Assembly: GCA_951406725.2 (NCBI GenBank)
Contig: OX597822.1
Location: 98,456,001 to 98,520,000, forward strand
DNA length: 64,000 bases
Origin: Octopus vulgaris
Taxonomy: Eukaryota
Direction of reading: 5' to 3'
Shown here: one piece after another, positions 15,087 through 27,614 of the stretch
Position numbering within the stretch: the first letter of the stretch is position 1
Layout: every line of letters begins with the position of its first letter
Notes under the pieces: generated by a model
Seen by the model: the letters and a program-made list of their open reading frames with translations, nothing else
Database searches by the model: none
Told to the model about the DNA's origin: nothing
Position numbers and translations under genes: made by a program

Positions 15087-15313
15087 ATGCTGTTTTTTTT
15101 AAGTTTTTTTTATGACATTTTATGTGGAAAAGGAAAGCAATATTTTGTATTCCAGTGGTCAAAGATTTTAATTCGAAGGTGATATGCTATTTTTGATTTT
15201 CTCCAACACAAATTATAATTACATTTTAAGATCTTGCTTTCTTAAATGCTTTTGTATTCGTTAAGGTAAGGGATACAGAATGCTTGTATGGATGTGGTCA
15301 TTATATATATATA

Positions 15314-15730
15314 TACAGTGTATATTTAAACACATAAGAGGTATCCTTCATAAGGATTCCTTTCACGCTAGAAGGAACAGCTAAAGTCCCAACCACTATT
15401 AGGGATAAAAACTAGAAAGGAATGAAAAATAAAAAAATATCTACCATCTATATAAAGGACCATGTTTTCTGACAATATTTAGCAAATGAAATAAACCATC
15501 ATCTAGGAAATAGATGGTAATTTTAAAAAATGTTTAATTCCCTTCGAGATTTTAGCCCTAAGAGGGATTTGGACCTTAGCAGTTCCTTCTAGCGTAAATG
15601 GAATCCTATGAAGTTTACCTCTTATGTGTTTAAATGTACACTGTATTTATATGAATAATATATAGTCTATTGACGAATTTTTCTACACGCTAGGCCACAG
15701 GTAGTAAAAATTTCCAAAATCTTTATTACC

Positions 15731-15735
<5 letters not shown>
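15314..15735 (+). mobile_element. Non-autonomous PLE-like element with 5' inversion
   Basis: Inverted arms ~15314-15452 and ~15509-15647; 3' end (atatatagtct...ctaggccacaggt) homologous to the 18076 and 25408 elements; followed by (TA)n. Confidence 0.65.
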
Positions 15736-15973
<238 letters not shown>

Positions 15974-16130
15974 TAGAGATAATTGTACCTCTCGTTTTTT
16001 TTTTTTTGACAGTTTTTTTTTTCTGTGAGACAACGGACATTGCGTTGTGTTATATTGAATGTTGAATGACGAAATTGTTAAAGTGCAAGTATTGTATTGC
16101 TGAAATTTTAATTGTTTAAATTGTAACGTA

Positions 16131-17196
16131 TTGAAGTCGTTGGAAATTTTGTTTAGCTTTCCCATTATGGGTGAAGCAGTAAATAGTAGAAACATGCAAG
16201 CACCACAGACAGGCAGTTATGCCGCGGTAACAGTTAAAAACCTGACAGCGGAGCTGCTGCAGATACGAAAGCTGGAAGTTAAAGATTCAGATTATAAAGT
16301 GTTTAACAACCTATTGAAAAAAGAAGAAGGATGTTTGAGGCTAACACCCCACCCAAAGAAGTGTCAGAAAAATACGAACGAAAAATAATAACATATCTAA
16401 CATTGAACATGGTGACACGGAAAATTGAAATAGCAGCCGCGGAAGTAATATAGAGAAATGCTTAAATGACGTTATGGATGAGACGACTTTTTATAACAGA
16501 GGGAGAAAATTTGGCACGGTGGAGGTACGCTTCGTTAATGAGAACGAAACAAAGAAGTACTCTACCGTGGCCTTGAAAATGGTACAATGGGCACTCTTGC
16601 CTACTTACTGTGACAGACGCGCAACCAGAGTAAGAATAGGAAGAGTGCCACCAGAAATTAATGAGGAATGGCTTGTGGAAGCCATCCTGTATAACACGGA
16701 AGAGAAGGTAGAAATATTAAAAATGTTCAAGAAAGCGGAGGTCGAATGGTGGAGGTTCGGCCTTGAAATGCTGGTCGTTATAAGCCTGCCTGACATCCAC
16801 AAAATGACAGTGGAAAATATACTACCGGATGAGACCAGACTGAGAGTCATGGTGGAGGGTAGACCACCAATATGCTTCAATTATGGAGTAAGGGGACACA
16901 TGAAAGCAAAATGTACCCAGAAACACGAACATGAGGTGGTGGAAGAGAGAAATCAAATAGAAATGGAAACAGTACCGGAAAGAGAAGCGGAGACCACAAT
17001 GGTAGAGAAAAAAGGAAATGGTGAATCTCCACCGAAAAAGAAAAGGAATACAGAGGAGAAGAGAAAAAAAAGAAATGAGGAAACCACAGAGAATAGAAAT
17101 CTTGAACCAGAATATTCAACTAGTAAGAGGAACAAGAAACAGAAGGAAAAAGGAGAACAACAGAAAGAAATGGAGATACGGATCTTTACCTTTTGA
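16131..17196 (+). pseudogene. L1/Tx1-like LINE ORF1 (gag-like) remnant, disrupted
   Basis: ORF 16474-17196 has VEGRPPICFNYGVRGHMKAKC (degenerate CCHC knuckle) then a K/E-rich tail; upstream frame has SYAAVT, typical of ORF1 N-termini; frameshifted; no ORF2 follows. Confidence 0.7.
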
Positions 17197-17402
17197 TCTA
17201 CAGATTTAAAAAATAATTTTTTGCAAATAAACACTTTCAAGCTTCGGACACTGGTAGAATGTGTCATATAAAGCATCTTTTACTCTTAGCATTTTTGAGA
17301 AAAACTTATATTTACGAAGTAATTTCACGTCAAAGTAGTCCTGTTTCGGTAATTTCAAGCAATCAATGACGTGTATTCAGCTGAATAAAATTACTACCGT
17401 TC

Positions 17403-17898
17403 GTCCATAAATATAGGATGAAAGCTGCCGTTGATTAGCTACAAGAATCCATCACTTTCGTCCTATATTTATGGACTGCCATATTAGCTTGGCGATAACT
17501 ATTAATATCCAGTACCACTGTTGTAGTCTGCTTTAGAGAGACTTAGAAATAATAATATTTCTATTTTTGAAAAAAAGTGGATGCATTCCACTGCATTTAG
17601 GTAAATAATCCTTCTGGGTTCGGCTACTCTGCATTGATAAAGGGCAAATACCCTGAAACATGTCTGCAGATGCCTGACCAGCAAGGGGAAGCTGCTAACC
17701 TCCCCTGTTCGAAGCTTATGATGGACAAAGGTTCGTGTGTCATATAGCTAGCTATAGGCGATGGCATCTTGCAGCTAACCAACGGCAGCTTTCATCCCAT
17801 ATTTATGGACTGCCATATTAGCTTGGCGATAACTATTAATATCCAGTACCACTGCCGTAGTCTCCTTTGGAGAGACTTAGAAATAATAATATTTCTAT
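17403..17898 (+). mobile_element. Mini PLE-like / retrozyme-like element, 334-nt unit
   Basis: Direct repeat 17455-17564 / 17789-17898 (period 334); 5' segment 17403-17454 is the inverse of ~17757-17810; hammerhead inside; homologous to 44767-45270. Confidence 0.8.
17628..17670 (+). ncRNA. Minimal type I hammerhead ribozyme, U3-A8 core variant
   Basis: UCUGCA-UUGAUAA-AGGG(CAAAUA)CCCU-GAAAC-AU-GUC^UGCAGA: perfect 6-bp stem I, 4-bp stem II, palindromic stem III ACAUGU. Confidence 0.85.
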
Positions 17899-18037
17899 AA
17901 ATGTATATATAAATAAAAGCATACTTAAATATATATATATATCTGTAAAATAATGTGACAATTATTCAATAGCCAGGATAAATACTATTTACATAGTATT
18001 GAGGTCTCTTTCTTTCTTTTGTTATCTTACCGTTTTT

Positions 18038-18075
<38 letters not shown>

Positions 18076-18079
<4 letters not shown>

Positions 18080-18600
18080 GATATAGTGTATATTTAAACA
18101 CATAAGGAATCCATTTATAGGGATTCTACACGCTAGAAAGAACAGCTAGGTTCTTTAAACACAAAAAGGACTGCGTCTGCGCAGTAAAATTTGAAAAGTT
18201 AGTTCGTATAAACACGAGACAAGTAGTCTTGCTTGTCTCGTGTGGATATGTTTAACCCTAGGTTGGACCTGCTGAAGAAAATCAGACCTTGTGAGTTCTC
18301 CGTGACTCGCTAAAAGATGATTAGAAACCAATTGGTCCAGGAAACTAAATGGTAAATGTATTTCATTTCCTAACTTATTCCTGTCGAATTTTATCCGTAA
18401 TTTTTGTGGTTACAGAACCTAGCTGTTCTTTCTAGCGTGTAGAATCCCTATAGGTGGATTCCTTATGCGTTTAAATATAAACTATATCGTATGACTAATA
18501 TATAGTCTTTTTGACTAAATTTTTTTACACGTTAGACCACTGGTCATGTAAATTTTGATTAAATGTTTTTAATTTTAATTAAATTCCATTTCCCTTTGAT
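18076..18600 (+). mobile_element. Non-autonomous PLE-like element with 5' inversion
   Basis: Inverted arms 18076-18154 / 18414-18492, hairpin acacgagacaagta..tgcttgtctcgtgt (~18213-18243), hammerhead; flanked by (TA)n. Confidence 0.75.
18268..18341 (+). ncRNA. Type I hammerhead ribozyme with extended stem II
   Basis: CCUG-CUGAAGA-A-AAUCA...(gugaguu/gacucgc hairpin)...UGAUU-A-GAAAC-CAAUUG-GUC^CAGG; stem III palindrome ACCAAUUGGU. Confidence 0.75.
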
Positions 18601-18735
18601 ATGATTATATATATATTTTCTTTTACGTGACCGATCAGACCATCAGATGTTGTTACACATCGCTGGTCACAATGCGTTCGCATTGTTTTAGCCTTCGAAT
18701 GACGCCACCCCGCGTGTGACTATCATGCGAGCAGG

Positions 18736-18772
<37 letters not shown>

Positions 18773-18775
<3 letters not shown>

Positions 18776-19344
18776 GATAAATCTCAGAGCGAGTTATAAA
18801 CAGTAGCGGTAACACATCGTGATGCATACTTGCCATTTGAATATGGCTAACCCATAAGGGTGGATGCTACTGTAGTTTGTAGCCCCAGGAAGATATCTCC
18901 TCCAGCTGGCTATAGACACACTATCTGTGTCCTCTCAGTATTTGTGAAGGGGAGTCATCCTCCCCGTCTTCAACACATGATACACACGTACCCGAGTTTC
19001 AAGGTGTTTACCTTTCTTTACCTTTCATCAGCGTGTGACAATCATGGTTGTCGATGAGAAGTCAGATCCCTTCACAAATACATATACTTTTTCCAGTGTC
19101 GATTTGACACTAATATTGAAAAAGTGAAATCAAACAATGATAAATCTCAGAGCGAGTTATAAACAGTAGCGGTAACACATCGTGATGCATACTTGCCATT
19201 TGAATATGGCTAACCCATAAGGGTGGATGCTACTGTAGTTTGTAGCCCCAGGAAGATATCTCCTCCAGCTGGCTATAGACACACTATCTGTGTCCTCTCA
19301 GGCACGTGTGTATCATGTGTTGAAGACGGGGAGGATGACTCCCC
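18773..19344 (-). mobile_element. Mini PLE-like / retrozyme-like element, 363-nt unit with 5' inversion
   Basis: Identical direct repeats 18773-18938 / 19136-19301 (period 363); 19304-19344 is the inverse of ~18949-18989; 3' end abuts (TA)n. Confidence 0.85.
18983..19037 (-). ncRNA. Canonical-core minimal type I hammerhead ribozyme
   Basis: CACACG-CUGAUGA-AAGGU(14 nt)ACCUU-GAAAC-UCGG-GUA^CGUGUG; perfect stems I (6 bp) and II (5 bp). Confidence 0.9.
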
Positions 19345-19604
19345 TACATTGTATACTTTATAGACAATAGTCTTTTCTTTAATTTAATTTTTTATTATCC
19401 ATCTGAACTATTCCATTTCTGCACGCTAATTTTATTTTTAATTTATTCCCATTCATGTGAAACCACTTATTCAAGTTCAAATCATTGATGCAATTTTATA
19501 CCAATTGCTATTTCTACTTTTGTTATGTTACGATTATATTATACTTTAGTTTGACTTTAATTATTACTTACTACATATAATTCAATTGTTATTATTATTG
19601 TTAT

Positions 19605-19869
19605 TGTTAAAATGAAAGCATCTGACATAAACTAGAAATATATTTTTGTTTCACTTTTAACACGTAATACTGAAATAGTGAAGATATGATATTGCTATGG
19701 GCTCGCTCTAGGCAAGAAGTTGAAGGTTTTTGCCGATGACACTTCCCGGACCCTAAGTAAAGCATGTGTAAAATTTGAATGAAATTGGTTGTGTAGTTCT
19801 CAAGTTTTAGGGAAACACACAGACAGACAGACAGACAGACACACATTCTCAGTTTTATTTATATAAAGA
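19605..19869 (-). mobile_element. Helitron-like 5' fragment
   Basis: Minus strand starts a|tctttatataaataaaactgagaatgtgtgtctgtctg, like the heads of the other Helitrons; 3' hairpin/CTAG not seen. Confidence 0.55.
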
Positions 19870-20370
19870 TAATCATATAATCATAAATAAAATCATAAAT
19901 TCCCTGGAAAGCCTCGACGTACGGAATTTCTATTTGGATGTATTTAGGAAACTTAAATGAATTCATGAATTTGCATTTGCTTTCCCGTGAGTATGCCTAT
20001 GTATTTGATTTACTTTCAATTTGTGTTCTTCGCTTCTGAAGGAAGAATCTTGTTTGGATTTGTCCAGAAATCGGAATCGATTCGGAGATGACTATAATTT
20101 TATGAATTTCTGTGAGCTTGCTTCCCTCGTTTCGCCACGTTGTGTAATAATATAAGTGAATATTCTATGTGGCTCGACGATTTAGAATGCATTTCTCAGC
20201 ATATTGGCAAGTAAAATATTTCTATTGCTCTTATTTATAATTGTATTTATAATTTTCACCTTAAAAGGTATTTGTCATATGCTGGCCACTGATAAAATAT
20301 TTTAAATAAAATTTTATTCTTATATTCGTAGTATATATACGTGTTTGTGTGTGTGTGTACGTGTATCTGC

Positions 20371-21459
<1,089 letters not shown>

Positions 21460-21779
21460 TCTTTCATTCTTTCTTTCTATCAGCCCCTTCACACTTATTT
21501 CGTTCTTTCCACTCTTCTTTCTTTCGCTCCCCCTCTCTCACATTTCCTGGTCTTCCCTTCATCCTCCCCTTTTCTCCTCTTTCACTTCAGTCTTTCCCTT
21601 TTCCTTTTTCTCGTTCCTCCTTAATTCTTCTATCCCTCTGCCTCTACTTCTCTCCTCTCCTTCCACGTGACTGGTGTTCGGCCAACCCTGACCTTTCTTT
21701 TTTGGTTCGACTACCATCCGTGCAACATATATATATTCCTTCCCACACGTGCCATGCCTTATGTCCCTGCTGTAAGGCT

Positions 21780-22165
21780 TCACTTCCACACACGCCAGCT
21801 GAATTTAATTCGTCCTTAGTCGAATGACACTTGTTAATATCCTGTTGTTTGCCTTTGTATTTTTGTATTATTTCTCCGTTTATACCGACCTTGCTTTCGT
21901 ATACATTCGCTGCTTTTTTCCAAGGAATCTAGTGCTCTTAGCTTACATTTCCCTTGGGGATGGCCAGATTGGAGCAGTCTCGAGTATAACCAACCGAAAC
22001 TGCAAAGATTATCTGGAACTCAACTGACGAATGTAAACTCAGAATGACACGTCCTTGTCTTTTCTTGTCCCTTTTTTTGTATCATCTAACTGTGTGGATG
22101 TTTTGTTGTCCCTTTTTCGTATTGTCTCACTGTCTGGATGTTTTGCGCTCTTGTCCCATTTTTGT

Positions 22166-22166
<1 letters not shown>
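21780..22166 (+). mobile_element. Second non-autonomous family carrying the permuted hammerhead motif
   Basis: Homologous to 26225-26530 (cgccagct..., ttcgtatacattcg...ttccaag.aatcta.tgctc.tagctta...tccttgggg.tggcc.gat.ggagc); ends in (TA)n. Confidence 0.7.
21964..22034 (+). ncRNA. Putative non-circularly permuted hammerhead (GUC site)
   Basis: GCA-GUC^UCGAGU-auaaccAACC-GAAAC-UGC-(14 nt)-ACUCAA-CUGACGA-A-UGU; stem III perfect, stem I 5/6, stem II decayed. Confidence 0.6.
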
Positions 22167-22211
<45 letters not shown>

Positions 22212-22360
22212 AGTTCAGCAAAATTTAGATTCAGATGAATATGGTGCCTAAGTTAAAGGCACCAGAATTTGGTATGGTGTAATACTTACAGTGTTTAATA
22301 AAATGAAGTAGCATGAAACGATTATACAACACTACCTTGGATATCCTTGTTGCTCATTTT

Positions 22361-22422
<62 letters not shown>

Positions 22423-22434
22423 ATCTATGTCTGT

Positions 22435-23230
22435 ATACAGGGTGCGTAAGGTATCTGAGGACAGTTATATACTTACACAAAAATGACTCTCAGAAACAGC
22501 CAATAATGCCTTTTTCTGAAAAAGGCTTTGAGGATAAGACTAAACATATTGTTTCGACCTTTTACTCAATAAAGTCTCTTTCAGCTTCAATGTCTGTGCG
22601 AGGTCTGAATCGCCTACATGCTAGGATCAAGTGGTCTGTGTTCATATTGGACATTATTCTGAGTATGCAGTCTTTTAAGAATTCTTTGGTGTTATGCGGG
22701 TGCTCATCAACCTCTTTCTCAACTACGCTCCATACATAGTAGTCCAATGGATTGAGATCTGGAAAGCTAGGTGGCCAAATGTTGGGGGTTATGTGGTCAT
22801 TCAAAACTTCCCTCATCCATTCCCGTGATGCTGTTGCCTTGTATCATGGTGCCGAGTCGTGTTGAAACACATAACGTCTTCCGTTGTGTACACTATCGAT
22901 CCATGGCTTAAGCATTATTTTCAGGACATCTATGGAGGCAGGAGACTTAAAGAAGTGAGGAGACATCACATGACCTTGATTGCTGACAACCCTCAAAAAC
23001 CATGACAGTTGCAGGAAATTTTGTAAGCATTATTCTTGGAGATGGTGAAGGGTCGGTACATAGCCATCAGTCATTTCCTCTGTTTACTTTCTGACATTGA
23101 TCAAAGTTTTTAACGTCTGAGAAGAACCAAATGACATCTTTCTCTGCTGGGTATTTTAAGTTTGTTCAGGGGTCTTTTAGATCTGATTAAGCTACTTTCC
23201 TTCGCTGTTTCTGAAACGACCTCTTCTCAT
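22435..23230 (-). mobile_element. Tc1/mariner-superfamily transposon remnant, DD37D (maT-like)
   Basis: WFFSD (~23120), YVFQHDSAP*YKA...WPPSFPDLNPLDYYVWS with 37 residues between the last two D; TA-CAGGGTG terminus at 22436-22444; stops and frameshifts. Confidence 0.85.
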
Positions 23231-24719
23231 CATAAAGAAACAAAACAAGAACGTATGATATAATGCATAAAAAAATGAAAATGATATATGGAAATGGGCT
23301 ACCTGCTCCACCTCAGGTAGCGTCACTTACATCCTTCATTTCTTCGTAAACTGGCATACTCATTCAATGAGAGTATCTTGGCCAGTCTATGAACTTTTCA
23401 GCCGCACACTCGCTTACATCCCAGTAGCTTTCCTGCTGACGCTGCCAAATTGAGCAATACCATTGTGACGGGCTCGCTGATGAGGGATGATCTTTCCATG
23501 TCCATTGTCTGTTTTTGTTCTGAGTTTCCTTTGTTTTTTGTTACTCTCTTGAGGCATATCTAATTATTATATGCATAGATATTATTCTAGCATTGAAAAA
23601 TATTATATAAATATTATATATCCCTAAAAACCAAAGCAGTAGAAAGAGGTTCAAAAATGAAGAACGTTTTTTTAGGGCAAGATGTACCCCTCACACACAC
23701 ATTTAAATTCTCATAGTCTGCTTAGGGCTGTCTGATATACAGTACTTTTGTATGGCCAATAATCTAGAATCTATTAAATTTAGAAGAATATTTACTCTTG
23801 CTATGATATTTTGCAATATCTTAAGTAAGATTTTAAGATAGTATATCAGGATGGTTTTCTATAGCAAATAACAATTCAACAACATTGTTATGTACTTTAG
23901 ATAATGAATACATGCGACATTTCATTTTAATTAAATATTCACTTCACATTTCTTTGTACTCAATGTGTTTTCTATCTTTTTATAATATTGTTTTCACTAT
24001 TGTCCAGATAATGTTATAAGATTTTCATTTTCTATTCTGTTTTTGTTTACATGAATCATCTCACAACAGAATGTAAATGAACGAAAGATTAATGTATTTT
24101 GTATTGTTAAGATAATTTAAGATTGACATTGCTTTAATTCTATAAATATTCTGTTCTTTTCTTTGCTTTTGTTTTGCATTACTTTTATCTTATCACCGAT
24201 AACATTTTGAGTTCACTCAATTTACAATTTCCTCAATGAATTAAAATTTCCTATTATTTATGATGAAAATATATGTCGCTCAATTTCCATCCAATTATCA
24301 TTTTATGAAATCTTCCAGTGACATCTGTTTTCTCCAAAAAGTTATATTAAGTTTTTGGTATAGTTGGTTATTTTGATCATTTGGTTTTTCGAAAGAATAC
24401 TTTAATTATTTAACTGAAAGTGATGTTCCCAACATCTCTTTTTTTTTTCTGCATATCTGGCTAACTAGCTAGCTATGTGCCAGTCGTTTCATTTAACTTT
24501 CGCCTGTGTTTCTATGTCTCTCACTCCAGCTATAAATCTGTCTCTGTATCTATCTACCTACCCACTTGCCTGCTCATCAGCCTGTCGACCTGTCTGTCTA
24601 TTTGGCGGCCCGTTCAACTATTTCTCTCTCTCTCTCGTTCTAGCTATCTGTTTACACATCTCAGTCCACGTCTGTGTATTTAAGTATCCCTTTATTTCTC
24701 CGTCTGTCTGTCTGCCCCC

Positions 24720-24770
<51 letters not shown>

Positions 24771-24965
24771 TATACAAAAAGTTCTTTTTATATATATATT
24801 TATATACAAATAGATAGCGTTAAGCAACAATACCGAAAATTTAGAAATAGCAGTCAAAGACCGCTTGTTTCTATTTTCTACAAATATCTCTCCGCATATA
24901 ACATTTACTTGCAACTCACATACGCAAAAAGAAGGAAAAATAAAGAAAACAAACAGTTTCGGTCA

Positions 24966-25024
24966 GTTGTGGACGCGTTTCTGGGTTAGAATTATAAAGA
25001 ACTTATTCCCGTCTTCAGCACAAC
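24966..25024 (-). ncRNA. Minimal type I hammerhead in a decayed PLE-like element (~24810-25260)
   Basis: GUUGUG-CUGAAGA-C-GGG(22 nt)CCC-A-GAAAC-GC-GUC^CACAAC; perfect stem I, palindromic stem III ACGCGU. Confidence 0.8.
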
Positions 25025-25317
25025 ATTCCATTAAATAATAGATTTGCAAATGCTATTTACCTACCTCTTGCATCCCGACCTCACGCCATCGGAGTCAGCA
25101 CAAACCAAATCCATATAGACGAATGAATTCGTATTTTCCCTCAAAGATCACCATGTGTGTTACAAAAATAGTAACGCAGAAAGAGAACTGTGGTTTGTTA
25201 TAAGGGAGTGAAAAATTCTATTATTAATAATATAATTTTATAATAATATAGTTTTTAAATTAATAATTATTTACACTTATATTATAAATAATAGAATATA
25301 TATGCATATATATATAC

Positions 25318-25407
<90 letters not shown>

Positions 25408-25412
<5 letters not shown>

Positions 25413-26050
25413 AATGGCCTTAATAGGCCATTCAACTCACTAAAACGAGCAGCTAAACTCAAACCGCTAAATAGTAGTAATTCAGAAACCAAAGGAAAAT
25501 TAAAAAACATTTACCCTAATCATCTTTGGACTACGCATAGTTTCGACGTACTTTTTGGTAAATTAATTAATGATTTTTTGGCTAATTCTGAAATTAAATC
25601 AGCAGTTTATATTTGCTACTGATAAGTTGGCGCGATGACGGTAGATTTTGAAAATTTAGAGTATATATTCTCAAGGCATCGATGCTGTTGCCTCGTGGAA
25701 TATTTATTCCTCCTGGCTTCTTTGCCGATGAGACGAGCCAGTGGTAAATTGACTTCATTAAATTTAATTTAATTTAATTAGGCTGGTTTACCAAAAAGTA
25801 CGTCGAAACTATGCATAGTCTAAAGATGATTAGGGTAAATGTTTCTAATTTTCCTTTGATTTCTGAATTACTACTATTTAGCGGTTTGAGTTTAGCTGCT
25901 CGTTTTAGTGAGTTGAATGGCCTATTAAGGCCATTCCTTAATATTATTGTTGAATGTACATTATATAGTCTGCTGACTATTTTTTCTTTCTCACTAGACC
26001 GCTGGTGGCGAAAAAATTTCAATCGAATTTTTTGCTAGCCTTATATTGAT
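25408..26050 (+). mobile_element. Non-autonomous PLE-like element with 155-bp 5' inversion
   Basis: Near-identical inverted arms 25408-25562 / 25787-25940; 3' end related to the 18076 and 15314 elements; inserted in (TA)n. Confidence 0.8.
25719..25826 (+). ncRNA. Type I hammerhead, U4C variant with long stem II insert
   Basis: UCUUUG-CCGAUGA-GACG...(ugguaaauu/gguuuacca)...CGUC-GAAAC-UAUGCAUA-GUC^UAAAGA; stem III palindrome ACUAUGCAUAGU. Confidence 0.75.
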
Positions 26051-26144
26051 AAATATATATATATACATATATATACATATATATACATATATATATATAT
26101 ATACCTACATACATATACACTCACATACACACACACGCACACAC

Positions 26145-26186
<42 letters not shown>

Positions 26187-26224
26187 CGCTGTCTTCGTCT
26201 GCCGATAAAGGCATTTTTTCAAAA

Positions 26225-26530
26225 TGCGCCAGCTAAACTTGTACTGTTTATTAGTCGTAAGGCAACCGCTGTTTTTGTCCTGTTTTTACCATTATTGTTT
26301 TTTGTATTTTATATTCGTGTGGCAACGTCCGTTTTTCTGTCCCTGTTTCGTATACATTCGATCCTTCTTCCAAGAAATCTAATGCTCGTAGCTTAGTTTT
26401 TCCTTGGGGCTGGCCGGATCGGAGCGATCTCAAGATTAATCAGCCGAAATTGCTAGGATGATCCGGTTCTTTTTTGTATCGTCTTCTAAATGTTTTACGT
26501 TTTTGTCCCAGTTTGTATTTTTCTACATAT
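26225..26530 (+). mobile_element. Copy of the 21780 family with partly deleted permuted hammerhead (26414-26471)
   Basis: GCG-AUC^UCAAGA...cagcc-GAAAU-UGC...UCUU, then the CUGANGA strand is missing. Confidence 0.6.
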
Positions 26531-27399
26531 AATATATATATAAACCTACATTAATGTACGCTCACATACACGCACTAACACACACATATATAATAATTTT
26601 GCAAAAGGAGGAGTGACAGCGACTTTGTCTTCGAATTTGAGCTGCTCTCTAATATTCTTAAATAGTCTCTAACAACAAAGAGAAGGTTGCGTATTACTTA
26701 CTGGAAGGTTTTCGAGAGATGCAGATCTTACGTCAGTGGTAGCAGACATGGACACTATAATACGATGGGAAATATTATACTAAGCCAGTGGTTCTCAACT
26801 GGGGTACATATAAGATTGCTGAGCTTACATGCGACAAAATAGTAAATTGGGGAACCGCAATTATATTTTAAGGGTCTCTGAGAAAGTTTGCTTTTGATGT
26901 ATGCATTGATATGTATTGCAAGAAGCAGTTTTGTTTCTCAAATCTTTTACATAGTTTATTATTGTTGAGAACCGCTGTACCAAACAGTTCCATACAACTT
27001 GGTGTTTGTTGAAACGCTAGAAGTGAAAAATTTCACGCCACCTGAATCAGTTCAAGCTACATTTTTACAGATTAGTCCCCATTCAATTTTACAAACAATG
27101 GTATCAAAGTATGTGAACAATTGTGCATTGAATACTGTTGGCCTTCTGGCGAAACTTGTTTCCTAAGTTTTAGTAACTTTAGTATTACGTATGTCCGACA
27201 CCAACCGTCTATTTCTCAAATTCTTTTGTTATCTGAGTGTAACAAATTGCTTGAAAAAGATGAAAACAGCATTATCAGAGTAGTAAATGGATATTATACA
27301 TATTGGAGCAAGAAGCGAAAGGTCTGCAGAGTGAAGCAAAAATGGAACAAATCGACATAGCAGTGACTACATGTGCATGTTTATATATATATATATATA

Positions 27400-27614
27400 T
27401 ATATTTTAAATCTAAAAGTAGGGTGAAAAATTGGATATTAATTTGATCAACATCGATTTAAAATCAGTGGTCTAGCATATTAAAATCTGAAGGTTCAGTA
27501 AATTGTATTACATACATATGAGAGAGGTGACCATTATGTGGACAACCCTTATGCTAGAAGTAGATCCGCTATGGTCTTACCATTAAGAGTATTTCTTAGT
27601 GGTAAGACCATAGC
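27400..27614 (-). mobile_element. 5'-truncated PLE-like 3' end capped by a 47-nt hairpin
   Basis: Palindrome 27568-27614 (gctatggtcttacca...tggtaagaccatagc); minus-strand ...gctagaccactg... resembles the 3' end of the 18076 family; abuts (TA)n. Confidence 0.55.

Noticed and set aside
20030-20090. CUGAAGG...GAAAUCG..CGAUUC hammerhead-like string
   Set aside because: Core is not adjacent to stem II and stem I is out of register.
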